62,399 bases of DNA, from NCBI GenBank assembly GCA_944381825.1, contig CALWMK010000004.1:1-62399 (forward strand), given 5' to 3'. Made by a program: the position numbers and the translations under genes. Source of the DNA: an uncultured Clostridia bacterium. Lineage in GTDB: Bacteria > Bacillota > Clostridia > Christensenellales > UBA1242. Below the pieces are notes generated by a model. It was not told where the DNA came from, made no database searches, and worked only from the letters and a program-made list of their open reading frames with translations. This document shows, one piece after another, positions 36,879-47,447 of this stretch (positions are counted from its first letter, which is position 1; each line of letters opens with the position of its first letter).

Positions 36879-38334
36879 AAGGGTTATATTTTGGAGGGTT
36901 TGTATTTTGAATCTTTTCTGCAACTGTTTCGCTGTTTGTTTGTGATTGATTTTGTGGTGGAATGTATTTAACATCATTTTCTGGCAATGTTAGCCCCTCA
37001 ATCAAATCTTCTGTTCCTTCATATATAATTCCTTGGGTAGGACCATATTTTTCATGTCTAATAAATTTTTCTTCAATAACTTCCCCATCTTTTAAATATT
37101 GAATATATGCCTTTGCCTCATATCCTTCGCAAGGATATTTAACTCTATAATACTCGCCTTTAAAGGTTATTTTATCTTTATACAACCCTTCTGTATCTGG
37201 TATTATTTTGTCTCCGTTATGTGGAATTGTTCCAACAAATTCTGCTCTTCTTCTAACACTCATGCCATTTTCCCAAGGTTGTCCATAAACTTCCACATAG
37301 GCATTGGTATCATCTCCCCAAGTTTTGAAATAGATTGGATGTTCTGTATTATTTTTGAATCTTAAATCAGAACTTCCTCTATTTACCATGGCATCAAAGC
37401 CAAGATATACATATCCAACAGGTAAAGAATGTGGGTTTACTTCCAATATCTCCAAATCGGCCATTAAAAGAGCATTATACAAAGTTGTAGAAGCTTGGCA
37501 AATTCCGCCGCCTTTTCCATCCACAAACTGCCCGTTTAAAATTATTTTTGCAACTTGAAAATCATCATCGTTTATATTTTTTTCAACAATTTCATTAAAT
37601 GAAATTTCTTGTTGTGGATTGACAACCAATCCATTAAATGCCGAAAGAGCAAGTTGAACATTGTGTTTTCTTCCATCAACAGATGAAGAGTAATCTGTGC
37701 TAAAACTACCTCTAACTTGTAAATTTTTTAAAACCTCGTCTTTTGTTGTTTCTGTAGCAGTTAAAATTACTGGTATGTCTATGTCGACTTGGTCATTTGT
37801 TTTAAGAGAATCATTTATAAGAGAATAAAGCTTTTCAGTATCAACTTTTATTCCCATTTTTTCCTCTGAAACCTCAAAAGGTGTTTCTTTTTGAGGATTA
37901 AATGTCACCTGTGGCTCAATTGGCTCACATTCGATTTGTTTTGTGATCTCTTCTATTTTTTGATTTAAACCCTGCATCATATCTTCAGCTTTAATGGTGA
38001 CAAATCTATCTCGTTTTTTCATTCCCATCTTTTCAAAAACATCTTTTGGCTTTGTTTGTTCATAAGCTTTTTCAACAATTTGGTCTACATTTGGAAGTTC
38101 TAAATCTTTTCCATATATTTCAAAACTTTTATCATCATAATTTAGTCTTATTTTGGTTTTTTCATTTTTAGTTTTTATCTGATTTGACAAATTTTCCTTT
38201 ACACTTTCTAAATTCATTCCAGAAACATTATAATCATTAATAACAGTGTCTTTTGAAAACTTTGCTTCGTTGTTGCATCCAACCAACATAATAGAAGAAA
38301 GAAGTATTGATAAAATTAATAGTCTTTTTTTCAT
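36877..38334 (-). CDS. VanW family protein (lipoprotein-like N-terminus)
   Basis: LVGC lipobox; VanW core GGGICQASTTLYNA...GFDAMV. Confidence 0.8.
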   Translation of the reverse strand: MKKRLLILSILLSSIMLVGCNNEAKFSKDTVINDYNVSGMNLESVKENLSNQIKTKNEKTKIRLNYDDKSFEIYGKDLELPNVDQIVEKAYEQTKPKDVFEKMGMKKRDRFVTIKAEDMMQGLNQKIEEITKQIECEPIEPQVTFNPQKETPFEVSEEKMGIKVDTEKLYSLINDSLKTNDQVDIDIPVILTATETTKDEVLKNLQVRGSFSTDYSSSVDGRKHNVQLALSAFNGLVVNPQQEISFNEIVEKNINDDDFQVAKIILNGQFVDGKGGGICQASTTLYNALLMADLEILEVNPHSLPVGYVYLGFDAMVNRGSSDLRFKNNTEHPIYFKTWGDDTNAYVEVYGQPWENGMSVRRRAEFVGTIPHNGDKIIPDTEGLYKDKITFKGEYYRVKYPCEGYEAKAYIQYLKDGEVIEEKFIRHEKYGPTQGIIYEGTEDLIEGLTLPENDVKYIPPQNQSQTNSETVAEKIQNTNPPKYNP

Positions 38335-38377
38335 TTTTCACCTCTATCTTTAGTTTTTTTATTTTTTTTGCTTTTAT

Positions 38378-39697
38378 TCATGAAACAATTAAAAATTCAA
38401 CATAGATATTTATGTCAACATAGTTTAAATAATTTTCTCTATCCTCAATCTTTTTTAAAAAATTGTTAAATTCTTTTTCATGTTGAGCATCAAATTTGTC
38501 GTAGATTCCAAATATATCTATTTTAAGTTCACGCGAAAAATTCAAAATTTTTGAAAAGTCATTTCTTACTTTATTTTCAGCTAAAATTTTAATTTTTTCA
38601 GAAAAATAATTTTTATATAACAAAAGTTCATTCTTTTTCAAATTGTCTTGCTCAACTTCTTTAAGTTCCATGCTTAAAAGCAAATAGTTGTTGTATACAG
38701 GCCTACCATTTTTCATCGTCACATGCGCCTTTTCTTTTTTATCTTGAATTATATATGTTAAATTAGCATTTTTAAACACATCGTCTGTTACATCAAAAAG
38801 TTGAAAAGTGTTTTTATACGAACTAGAATTAATCCAATTATATTGATAAAGCTGTTCTGGCGATAAAATCGTAATAAATTTACCATCTTTAAATACACAT
38901 GCACTTCCATCATTTAAAATTTTGCTGTTTGTTTGCGCCTGACTGCTTTGTGAAGCTTCGCCTCCCTGCGACCCACCTGCACCTTGCGACCCACCTGCAC
39001 CTTGCGACCCGCTGGCACCTTGCGAGCCATCTGTTTTTTGGCTGGAACCACTTGATGAGTTGCTTTCAGAATCATTGGGCAAAACTCCCTCTTCCTCTGC
39101 AAGTTTTAAGTAGCCAATCATGGAAACTTTTGAGGGAGAAAAATAACCCCTATAGAATGAGCCTATGTTCGAAGTTTTAGAATAAATGTTGTTTGTATTA
39201 AAAGCCACCAAATCTCTTACGGAAAGGTCTGATGTGCTATCAAGTTCATTGAGCTTTTGAAGCAACTGTTTTGCACTTTGTTCGGTGCATAGTAATGCTG
39301 TTTTGTTAGAAATGTCATTGTTTCTGGTCAAATTGTCAAGATTTTTAATAACACCATCATCAGCAAGATTTTGATTTATTATTACAACAGCTGTGTGAGT
39401 GAGCGCAACTGTTTTTCCAACATAAAGTCCCACTTTTGAAATTGCTTCCGCAATAGAATTTCCTTTTGCTGAAAAAACTTTATAGTTTTCTTGATAGGTA
39501 GTGGATGAAACTGGAATAAAACTTAGCGCTGACACCTCAATTCCATCATCAACTTTATCTATTGCTAGAGCGGTTACAATAAGTCGTCTTGAACTGTCGG
39601 GTTCACGAAAAAGTGCCGAAGGCAAAATAATTACAAGAATTAAACAAAAGACAACAAAGATTGGTCTTTCAATAATATGATTAATAAATTTTTTCAT
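38378..39697 (-). CDS. Ger(x)C-family spore germination protein
   Basis: Third gene of the germinant receptor operon with GerAC-like length and pattern. Start set to the ATG after aaaaggaggg. Confidence 0.75.
   Translation of the reverse strand: MKKFINHIIERPIFVVFCLILVIILPSALFREPDSSRRLIVTALAIDKVDDGIEVSALSFIPVSSTTYQENYKVFSAKGNSIAEAISKVGLYVGKTVALTHTAVVIINQNLADDGVIKNLDNLTRNNDISNKTALLCTEQSAKQLLQKLNELDSTSDLSVRDLVAFNTNNIYSKTSNIGSFYRGYFSPSKVSMIGYLKLAEEEGVLPNDSESNSSSGSSQKTDGSQGASGSQGAGGSQGAGGSQGGEASQSSQAQTNSKILNDGSACVFKDGKFITILSPEQLYQYNWINSSSYKNTFQLFDVTDDVFKNANLTYIIQDKKEKAHVTMKNGRPVYNNYLLLSMELKEVEQDNLKKNELLLYKNYFSEKIKILAENKVRNDFSKILNFSRELKIDIFGIYDKFDAQHEKEFNNFLKKIEDRENYLNYVDINIYVEFLIVS
38964..39030. 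repeat. GC-rich 18-bp tandem repeat (about 3.7 units) inside the Ger(x)C gene
   Basis: ctgcaccttgcgacccac units encoding GSQGASGSQGAGGSQGAGGSQGG. Confidence 0.85.
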
Positions 39698-40766
39698 AAT
39701 CCCTCCTTTTCTGTTTGAAGAGTGCGAAAAGGAAAATTGCAAGCAAAATTGCCAAAAAAGAAATTGTAATTATGTTAAAATAAGTGACGCTTATTTTAAC
39801 CATTTTTTCCATTGTAACCAAACAAAAATACTGAATGAATAATATTATAAAGTCCAAAACAATTATTGATTGATAAATGTTCAAATTTCCCACAATATTG
39901 TTTAAAGACTCTTTTAAACAATAGAACATAATGCCAGTTTGAAAATATAGAACAAACATTTTTGTTAACACTGCAACAATATCAATTTTTCCTATCCCTG
40001 GACTAATTGAACTAAATTGAATAATATCTGCAAGTGCACCTTTATATATAAAAGTGTTTACATCATGAAGTCCGACAAAAATTAAATTTAAAACAACCAA
40101 CAAAATTGCCGTGAAAATTAAGTACTTCATAATCGTATTCCCATAATTTTTTTCCAATTTAATTTTGTCTATAATCATAAAAAAGAACAAATAATCTGAA
40201 AACCAAAAACAAAGCCTCAAAGGAGCAAAAAGCATTTCTCTGTTTATTTTTATTGTTGGCAAACTAAAACTCGAAGAAAAAATTCCAGCTATTAGGCTAA
40301 TAAAAAGTCCTACAATGATAAACCAATAAAAAAATTGTGCAGTTCTTCCCATTGTGCGAATACCTGTAAATGTCATAGCATTTACAACTGGAAGCAAACA
40401 CACAATAAAAAGCAAAAAGGTTGCGTCTTCATAAACTAAGTCTTTTAAAAAACTGTAATTTTCATTGAGTAATAAAAATATTCTCATTAAAAAATACACA
40501 AAAAGTATAATATAAACAACTTTAGTGAAAAATTTGCCCACATTTGAGATTAAAACCTCGTCAATCTTTTTGTTTTGATTTTTTTCTTTAAATTTTATTA
40601 TTAAATAAAAGATTAACAAATCTAAACCAAGCAAAAAAGTGGTGACAAATATACCCGCAAAGCCTGCTTTATAAAAAGTTAAAGAAGGCAAGATAACAAA
40701 TTTATTAGCAAACATTACAATACTTAGTAAAATTCCTGCCTGTTTTACATTAATTTCATTTATCAT
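39681..40766 (-). CDS. GerAB/ArcD/ProY-family spore germination permease
   Basis: Ten-transmembrane-like profile; overlaps both neighbours in the operon. Confidence 0.8.
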   Translation of the reverse strand: MINEINVKQAGILLSIVMFANKFVILPSLTFYKAGFAGIFVTTFLLGLDLLIFYLIIKFKEKNQNKKIDEVLISNVGKFFTKVVYIILFVYFLMRIFLLLNENYSFLKDLVYEDATFLLFIVCLLPVVNAMTFTGIRTMGRTAQFFYWFIIVGLFISLIAGIFSSSFSLPTIKINREMLFAPLRLCFWFSDYLFFFMIIDKIKLEKNYGNTIMKYLIFTAILLVVLNLIFVGLHDVNTFIYKGALADIIQFSSISPGIGKIDIVAVLTKMFVLYFQTGIMFYCLKESLNNIVGNLNIYQSIIVLDFIILFIQYFCLVTMEKMVKISVTYFNIITISFLAILLAIFLFALFKQKRRDYEKIY

Positions 40767-42189
40767 TGCTCAACCTCTTAGAATTTTTTTGACTAAAAGA
40801 TTTTGGTCTGTCGTACATCTTTGTTATATCTGATTTCAAAAGACCATCTTTAAAATCTTTGTGCAAGCTTGGCGAAAATGGAGCAAGATAAGGTGCTGTA
40901 TATTCATTTAAAGAGTTCATGTAATTGACAAAATAAATCATTCCTCCAACAACACCTAATATTCCCAAAGTTCCGCCTAATAGTAAAAATATTATTCGCA
41001 AAATAGTGAGCTGGGGTGCTTGATCGGGCACAGTGTAAACCGAAATCACACTCATTGCAATAATTATTACTCCGGGAGGCGAAATAAGACCTGCTTTAAC
41101 ACCAGTATCTCCCAAAATCAAAGCCCCCACAATTGATGTCGCAAGTCCAAGATATCTTGGCAATCGTAAACTTACCTCATAAAGAATGTGAAACAATAAA
41201 AGTATAAAAAGCAATTCTATTAAGGGCGTGAAGGGTAAGCCTTGAGTACTGTTGGCAATTGTAATTAAAAATTTTAGTGGAGTTATTTTATAATGATAAA
41301 GTCTAAGCGAAATAAACACTCCAGGAGCAATTGTGGCTGTTAGAATTCCAAGAGTACGAATGATTCTAATAAATGAAACATAATGGTGATTTGTATAATA
41401 GTCATTACTATTTTGCACATCTTCTAAAAAAATAAATGGAATTGTTAAAACGGTTGGTGAACCATCAACAATTATGGCAAGCCTACCTTCTAGCATTCTT
41501 CCAGCAACAATATCTGGTTTTTCAGCACTTCCAACTTGCTTGAAAATGGAGTTTGGCTTATATTGTAAAAATTCTAAAATGTTATAGCTGTCTACAACTC
41601 CATCAATGTCTATTTTTTTAATTTTGCTAACAACCTCTTTAACTATTTTTTTGTCAACAATGCTTTCTAAATAAACAACCTTTATTTTTGTTTTTGTATA
41701 GCGCCCCACTTTCAAGTCTTGAATTTTAAGGTCGTTTGTTGGAAATCTTTTTCTTATCATAGAAATATTTGTTTTTATGCTTTCAGTGAAGCCCTCTCTT
41801 GGACCTTGAATGACAGCAGATGTTGGAGGTTCTGCAGGAACCCTTGTTGGATACTCTTCTATATCCACAGCCAAAATTACAGGATTATTTTCAAGAAGAA
41901 TACAAACCTTTCCAAGAAGAATGCTTTCTGCAACCTCGTTCTCTTCAATTTCCTCAATTTCTTCTATGCAAATTATTTGTGCTTTTAAATCTTCTAATGT
42001 TATTTCAGCTTTTGAAAACTCGGTCAATTTGGCAGCAATTCCCTCTATGAAAAGTTTATTGTCAATCATACTTTTTAAAAAAATTAATGCCAATTTTGTA
42101 TTTGCCACATCAAAAAATCTTGATATCACGTCTTGATTATCTTTTAATTTCTTTTTTATTTTTTTTATTCTTTGCTCTAAGTCTTCCAT
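40756..42189 (-). CDS. GerA-family spore germination protein (A subunit)
   Basis: PTRVPAEPPTSAVIQGPREGFTESI signature and C-terminal transmembrane block. Confidence 0.85.
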   Translation of the reverse strand: MEDLEQRIKKIKKKLKDNQDVISRFFDVANTKLALIFLKSMIDNKLFIEGIAAKLTEFSKAEITLEDLKAQIICIEEIEEIEENEVAESILLGKVCILLENNPVILAVDIEEYPTRVPAEPPTSAVIQGPREGFTESIKTNISMIRKRFPTNDLKIQDLKVGRYTKTKIKVVYLESIVDKKIVKEVVSKIKKIDIDGVVDSYNILEFLQYKPNSIFKQVGSAEKPDIVAGRMLEGRLAIIVDGSPTVLTIPFIFLEDVQNSNDYYTNHHYVSFIRIIRTLGILTATIAPGVFISLRLYHYKITPLKFLITIANSTQGLPFTPLIELLFILLLFHILYEVSLRLPRYLGLATSIVGALILGDTGVKAGLISPPGVIIIAMSVISVYTVPDQAPQLTILRIIFLLLGGTLGILGVVGGMIYFVNYMNSLNEYTAPYLAPFSPSLHKDFKDGLLKSDITKMYDRPKSFSQKNSKRLSNDK

Positions 42190-42321
42190 TATTTTAAAGA
42201 TTGCGCAATTTGTTAAAATATATACTTTATAATCGTTTTATTACCTTATTTTAATAAAAAAACTCGCTTGATTTTAAAGTGAGTTTATAAATTTATATTC
42301 CCTTAACAATTTGTTTTTTAA

Positions 42322-43012
42322 TTAAACTATTGCAGAAATTTTATTGGCAAAATTACTTTTAAAACTGCTTGGCAAAATCACCTTTTGAAGCCCCATCAAT
42401 GCACCTAAAGAACCAACACCAAGACTTTCAATCCCCTCACTAACAACAATGCTTTGAATGGTCGATTTGGACTTACTAAATTTGAAAAACGGCATAAGAT
42501 GCTAATTGAGCTGTATCTAACTCTGTTATAATTGCTGTTGAATCTCCTAACGATGTAACTTGATATTCTTCATTGTTATGTGCTTGGAACTACTATTTCT
42601 GTTTCTTCTCCTGTATATTTTAAAAGACTTACCTTATCTCCGTCTAATATATATGTCCAGTTACTTTGTGCTGATGGTGTCAATATTGTTTCTCAAACAA
42701 TAATTCGCTTCCAACTGTCAATGTCGCCAACTTGCTAGAATCCGTCACATCATATTTTATCTCTATCTCACTGCTCGCGCCAACACCTATTATTGCATTA
42801 TTGTTTATTAAACTCTTTGTCACATTTGTCAACTGTTCTGCTGCTGTTGTGTTAACTGTTGCCTTGATTGGATAGGCTGATAGATTCTCTACCTTTAGTG
42901 TTATCACAAAACTCTCTGCTCCGTCTGCTGTTTCCTTAAAGTACACACTTCCTATATTCCATGCTGGAAGCATATTCGTTTCACTTTGAGCATTGTCATG
43001 CACTAAATTCAT
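42322..43012 (-). pseudogene. Decayed surface-protein gene: an intact 110-aa beta-rich ORF followed by frameshifted BspA-type LRR fragments
   Basis: Fragments in three frames: ...WTYILDGDKVSLLKYTGEETEIVVPST*, AHNNEEYQVTSLGDSTAII...*, ...SIVVSEGIESLGVGSLGALMGLQKVILPSSF...*. Confidence 0.5.
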
Positions 43013-43037
43013 GCAATGTTCTAAAGTAAAACAAAGT

Positions 43038-44114
43038 TTAAATAATTGTTGCTAAAACTGCATCTGACTTTATATTGTCAATAACAGAACTAACATAAAC
43101 AGTTGTCCCACCAGCAATTTCAACTTTTAAAATAGAAAGATCGATTTGAAACTTTAATTTATCTTCAGTTTTAAAGTTATAAATTTTATTTCCAATTTCA
43201 ATTTGAACATAGTCACAAACTTGAGGCAATGTTATGCTTAAATTGGTACCCTTTAATTCAGCTGAAATTGGTTTAATTTCATTTTTATTTGCATGAATAG
43301 AAATTATATTAGAAGGTTCACTTGAGCTAAAAAAATCTGAGTTAGACTTCGCAACAACAAAAACATAATAGTCGCCGTTTTCAAAATTACAATCAAAATT
43401 AACATTTGAATTGGTGTCGATTATTTCAAATATGTTAACAACATCATTTTTTATATAATATACAGAATAGTAATTGGCATTTTCTACATTTTCAAAAAAA
43501 ACTTTGTTTTCTGTTTCATTATATACAATGTGTGGACTTTCAAGTTTTACAATACTTTTAAAATTTAATTCTTCCGAATATTTGCTTTTACTTCGTTCAT
43601 CTTTGCCTTGAACACAAACACTAACTGAAAAATTTTTTGTTTGATTAAAATAAGTGCTAACATCTACAATATTTTTTTCACTTACGATTTCAACACTTTC
43701 ATTCTCAGTCGAAATTTTAAAAATATATTTATTTGCGCCCTCTATTTCATCGAACAATAAAAAGGTTTTGTCATTAATTTGAACTATTTCAAGTTCAGCT
43801 TCTGAAGGCAATTGCAATGTTTTGCCATTTTTTATGTAAATTCCAAGCCAAATGCCAAAAGATAAAAGAAGCAAAATTCCAACTATGCAAATGGAAAAAA
43901 TTAAAAACATTTTTTTGGAATTTTTCTTTTTTGAGTTTAAATTGTCTTTTTTTAAAGCTTTATTGTGAAAATTTTCGCCAGCTTTATTTTGAATATTAGT
44001 TTCTTTTGAAATTTCATTACTTTTTGGCAATGTTTGAGGAGGTCTAGGAGGAAGATTTGGCAAGCGCTTGCCAACATTTTGAGTTATATTTTTTTCTTGA
44101 TTTTTTCCTTCCAT
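43038..44114 (-). CDS. Single-pass membrane protein with a Pro-rich N-terminus and Ig/FN3-like extracellular repeats
   Basis: Transmembrane segment MFLIFSICIVGILLLLSFGIWLGIYI; repeats marked by EGANKY and ENANYY. Confidence 0.6.
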   Translation of the reverse strand: MEGKNQEKNITQNVGKRLPNLPPRPPQTLPKSNEISKETNIQNKAGENFHNKALKKDNLNSKKKNSKKMFLIFSICIVGILLLLSFGIWLGIYIKNGKTLQLPSEAELEIVQINDKTFLLFDEIEGANKYIFKISTENESVEIVSEKNIVDVSTYFNQTKNFSVSVCVQGKDERSKSKYSEELNFKSIVKLESPHIVYNETENKVFFENVENANYYSVYYIKNDVVNIFEIIDTNSNVNFDCNFENGDYYVFVVAKSNSDFFSSSEPSNIISIHANKNEIKPISAELKGTNLSITLPQVCDYVQIEIGNKIYNFKTEDKLKFQIDLSILKVEIAGGTTVYVSSVIDNIKSDAVLATII

Positions 44115-44447
44115 TTAATTCCTTTAATTTAAGTTATTATGCAATATTTTTCTTAATATTGTCAATCAAATTTAATTTTAAAAAAACATCTTTTTAGTTT
44201 AAATTATTATTTAATGTTTTTATAATATTTATTCTTGTAAATGCTAAAAGAAAGCGTATTTCATCATTAGAATAGCTTGAACAAGATTTAAAAAGGTCAA
44301 ATAATTTTATTAGCTTCCCAAGCATTTTAAATTTTATTTTTTAGGATAAAATATTATTGTTATTTAAAATAAATTTGTGATACAATTAATTATGCTTATA
44401 ATTAATTGCGCTTTAAAAATGACATTTAACATGAATTATTTTAAGAA

Positions 44448-46514
44448 ATGAAAAAAATAATCAATTTCAGAACTATATTCTTTTGTTTTATAACCTTTGC
44501 GCTAGCAATTTTTTTTGCTAACGAACTTTTGTCTGGAAGCTTTTTTCATATATTATTTTTTGTTGCCATACTTTTAATTTTTGCTTTTGTTTCAATCAAA
44601 AGAAAGGCGGTTAAAAATTTTATTTGCATTTGTGTTTCTTTTGTCCTTGGAATTTGTTCTTTTTTAATTGGATACAACAGTTTTCAAGGAAGGGTTTTTG
44701 TTGGAGAGCATTCAATTGTTGGGCGAATTTCAAATATTCAAAGTTACACTGGTTATCAAAGAGTTGTTTTAACAAATGTGAAAATTGATGGTAATAAAGA
44801 AAAAAACATAAGTGCCATTATAAGTGGCACCGAACTTGACTTGGGAGTCCAAATTGAATTCGTTTGTGAAATTGAAACAATAAAACAATTTTCTTTAGGT
44901 GAATATTCAAGTTTCGCCTATAAAAATAATGCACCTTATTTTTGTAATATAAAAAGTGACAACATTGTGCTTTCAACCCAAACAAACCTAACTATAGGTG
45001 AAAGTTTTAGACTGAGCGTTAAAAACTTGCTATTAAAAAACATGCCAAAAGAAACTGCCAATCTTGCATATAGCATGCTTTTTGGCGACAAATCAAATTT
45101 GGATAGCGAAATTTCGGAATCATTCAGAGTTAGTGGCATTGCTCATGCGTTAGCTGTATCTGGTCTGCATGTTGGATTTTTAATTGGCGTTGTAAATTTT
45201 ATTTTAAATAAATTTAAAGCCAAACCTTGGCTAAGGCTATTATTAGCCTCGTTTGTTTTGCTTTTTTATTGCTATCTTTGCAATTTTTCTCCTTCTGTTA
45301 TAAGAGCAACCGTTATGAGCATTGTAATGCTTTCTGCCTCAGCTTTAGGGCGACAATATGACATTTTAAACTCCCTTGCATTTTCTGGTTTGGTTATTTT
45401 ATTAATTAGACCAATGTCTGTTTTTGATGCGGGCTTTCAACTTAGTTTTATGAGTGTGCTTTGCATCGCTTTATTAGCAAAGCCAACTCAAGCTTTATTG
45501 GCAAAAATAAAACTTCCTAAATTTATTTCTAGTCCTCTTGCACTTACAACATGTGTTCAAATCGGCATTTTGCCTTTTATTGCCAAGTATTATACAAGTG
45601 TTTCACTTCTTTCGGTTGTGACAAATTTTATTTGTATTCCACTTTTTCAAGTGGCTTTTGTCATGCTCGTTGTTATTATTATTTGCGCCTTAGTATTGCC
45701 GTGGCTTGGAATTTTTTTGGTTCCAGTACATTGGCTTTTGACAATCATTATCAAAATCACAAAACTAATAGCTGGTGTAAGCTCATCTATAATAAATTTA
45801 GTTGCCATTGATTTTGCTGGTATAATTAGTTTTTATTTTGGCATGTTTATTGTTAGTGGCTTTGTTATGATGCAAAAAACTTACAAAGCAATAATTTGCT
45901 CAGCACTTTTTATATTTTCCTTATTGTACGGAATTTTACTATCAATTCCTAAAAAATATAATGACTTAAATATCATGCAAATAGACAATATTGAAAGTCA
46001 ATATACACTTGTCATTTCTAATGATCGTTCGATTTTAATTGGTGATTTTAAAGATATTGAACAATTAGTGAAATTTTTAAAAAGAGGAAGAATTAAGCAA
46101 ATTGACTATGTTATAATGCCAACTGAAACTGAAAATGAACTTTTGAATAATTTTTATGATGATTATAATGTGAACAAAGTCATTCATTTTGGAGAAGACT
46201 ACACTTTGGATGACCTGCAAGTCACCTTTATTGTAACCAGAACAAAACCAGTTGCTATTGAATTATTGATAGATGGTTATAAAATTATTTACATCAATAA
46301 AGAACTGGAACAAATTGATGAAGAAATCTTGAATTATTATGTTGAAAATGTAAATATATTAATTAATTCTCAATATGCACTTTCAATCACTAATGTCGAC
46401 TACAGAGTTAGCTATAATTCTTTGATAATGCCCTATAATGAAAAACAAGAACTCAATAACTGGATTTTTAAACTTAAAAATGGAGAATTGAAAAAAATAT
46501 GGAGTCTAAATTAA
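44448..46514 (+). CDS. comEC: ComEC/Rec2-family DNA internalisation channel protein
   Basis: FRVSGIAHALAVSGLHVGFL competence-domain motif; followed by holA. Confidence 0.8.
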   Translation: MKKIINFRTIFFCFITFALAIFFANELLSGSFFHILFFVAILLIFAFVSIKRKAVKNFICICVSFVLGICSFLIGYNSFQGRVFVGEHSIVGRISNIQSYTGYQRVVLTNVKIDGNKEKNISAIISGTELDLGVQIEFVCEIETIKQFSLGEYSSFAYKNNAPYFCNIKSDNIVLSTQTNLTIGESFRLSVKNLLLKNMPKETANLAYSMLFGDKSNLDSEISESFRVSGIAHALAVSGLHVGFLIGVVNFILNKFKAKPWLRLLLASFVLLFYCYLCNFSPSVIRATVMSIVMLSASALGRQYDILNSLAFSGLVILLIRPMSVFDAGFQLSFMSVLCIALLAKPTQALLAKIKLPKFISSPLALTTCVQIGILPFIAKYYTSVSLLSVVTNFICIPLFQVAFVMLVVIIICALVLPWLGIFLVPVHWLLTIIIKITKLIAGVSSSIINLVAIDFAGIISFYFGMFIVSGFVMMQKTYKAIICSALFIFSLLYGILLSIPKKYNDLNIMQIDNIESQYTLVISNDRSILIGDFKDIEQLVKFLKRGRIKQIDYVIMPTETENELLNNFYDDYNVNKVIHFGEDYTLDDLQVTFIVTRTKPVAIELLIDGYKIIYINKELEQIDEEILNYYVENVNILINSQYALSITNVDYRVSYNSLIMPYNEKQELNNWIFKLKNGELKKIWSLN

Positions 46515-47443
46515 AGTTAGTAAACATAAAAAAAGAAAATATTTCAAATTGCTATATAATGTGTAGCAATGATTTTTATTTGCAAAACTTATCCGTTAGA
46601 CTTTTAAAGCGAGTTATTGATTTAAGGTATGAAGAACTCAATTTTAATGTATTTGACGAGGAAAACTTTGAAATTAATTTATTTTTGTCCACTTGTTTGC
46701 AACTTCCGTTTTCAACGGATAAACGCATGGTAGTTTTAAAAAATATAAAATTAAATAAATTTGAAGAATTAAAAAAATATTTAGAAAATCCAAACCCCAC
46801 CACCCTTCTTTTAATCTTAGATGACGCAAATGTTTTTACCAATTTGAAAAATGTTATATATTTGCAAAATGAGTTTTCTAATTCAGAACAGCAAAATTTG
46901 ATTTTTAATAAACTTAAAAAACAAAACAAAAAAATTACTCTAGAAGCTTGCAAAAATCTTATTTTAAAATGTGATAACAATCTATCAAAATTAAATAATG
47001 AATTGACAAAGCTTGTCAATTTTGTTCAACAAGATACTATTGAAGAGAGTCACATTGATGAGCTTGTAAAAGCAGATGAAGAATTTGAAGTTTTTTCACT
47101 ACTAAGTTTTTTATCACAAAAACAAAAAGACAAGGCATTTTTACAAATAAAAAAAATGCTGGAAAGCAAACAAGACCTAAATTCTATTCTTGCATTAATT
47201 TATTCAAATGTTAGAAGAATGTTTTTAGTTAAAACCAGTTCCCTAAGCGACCAAGAGCTTTCAATAAAATTAGGCATAAAACCTTATGCTGTAACAAAAG
47301 CACGACAAAATTCATCAAACTTTCAAGCCATTGTTCTTAAAAAAATATTGTATTTATGTCAAGATTTGGATTATAAAATAAAAATGGGAGAACTCCCACT
47401 TTTAAATGCTTTTTATTTGCTAATTTTTAATATTTTAAAATAA
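46499..47443 (+). CDS. holA: DNA polymerase III delta subunit
   Basis: Size and the conserved position after comEC; weak sequence pattern. Confidence 0.7.
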   Translation: MESKLKLVNIKKENISNCYIMCSNDFYLQNLSVRLLKRVIDLRYEELNFNVFDEENFEINLFLSTCLQLPFSTDKRMVVLKNIKLNKFEELKKYLENPNPTTLLLILDDANVFTNLKNVIYLQNEFSNSEQQNLIFNKLKKQNKKITLEACKNLILKCDNNLSKLNNELTKLVNFVQQDTIEESHIDELVKADEEFEVFSLLSFLSQKQKDKAFLQIKKMLESKQDLNSILALIYSNVRRMFLVKTSSLSDQELSIKLGIKPYAVTKARQNSSNFQAIVLKKILYLCQDLDYKIKMGELPLLNAFYLLIFNILK

Positions 47444-47447
47444 AATT

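Noticed and set aside
38899-39180. ORFs 38899-39180 (+) and 38914-39102 (-) with repetitive His/Leu or Arg/Lys/Val sequence
   Set aside because: They are alternative-frame readings of the 18-bp tandem repeat inside the Ger(x)C gene, not independent genes.
44194-44325. 43-aa minus-strand ORF (MLGKLIKLFDLFKSCSSYSNDEIRFLLAFTRINIIKTLNNNLN) in the spacer before comEC
   Set aside because: It has no Shine-Dalgarno sequence, no recognisable family, and AT-rich composition indistinguishable from the background.
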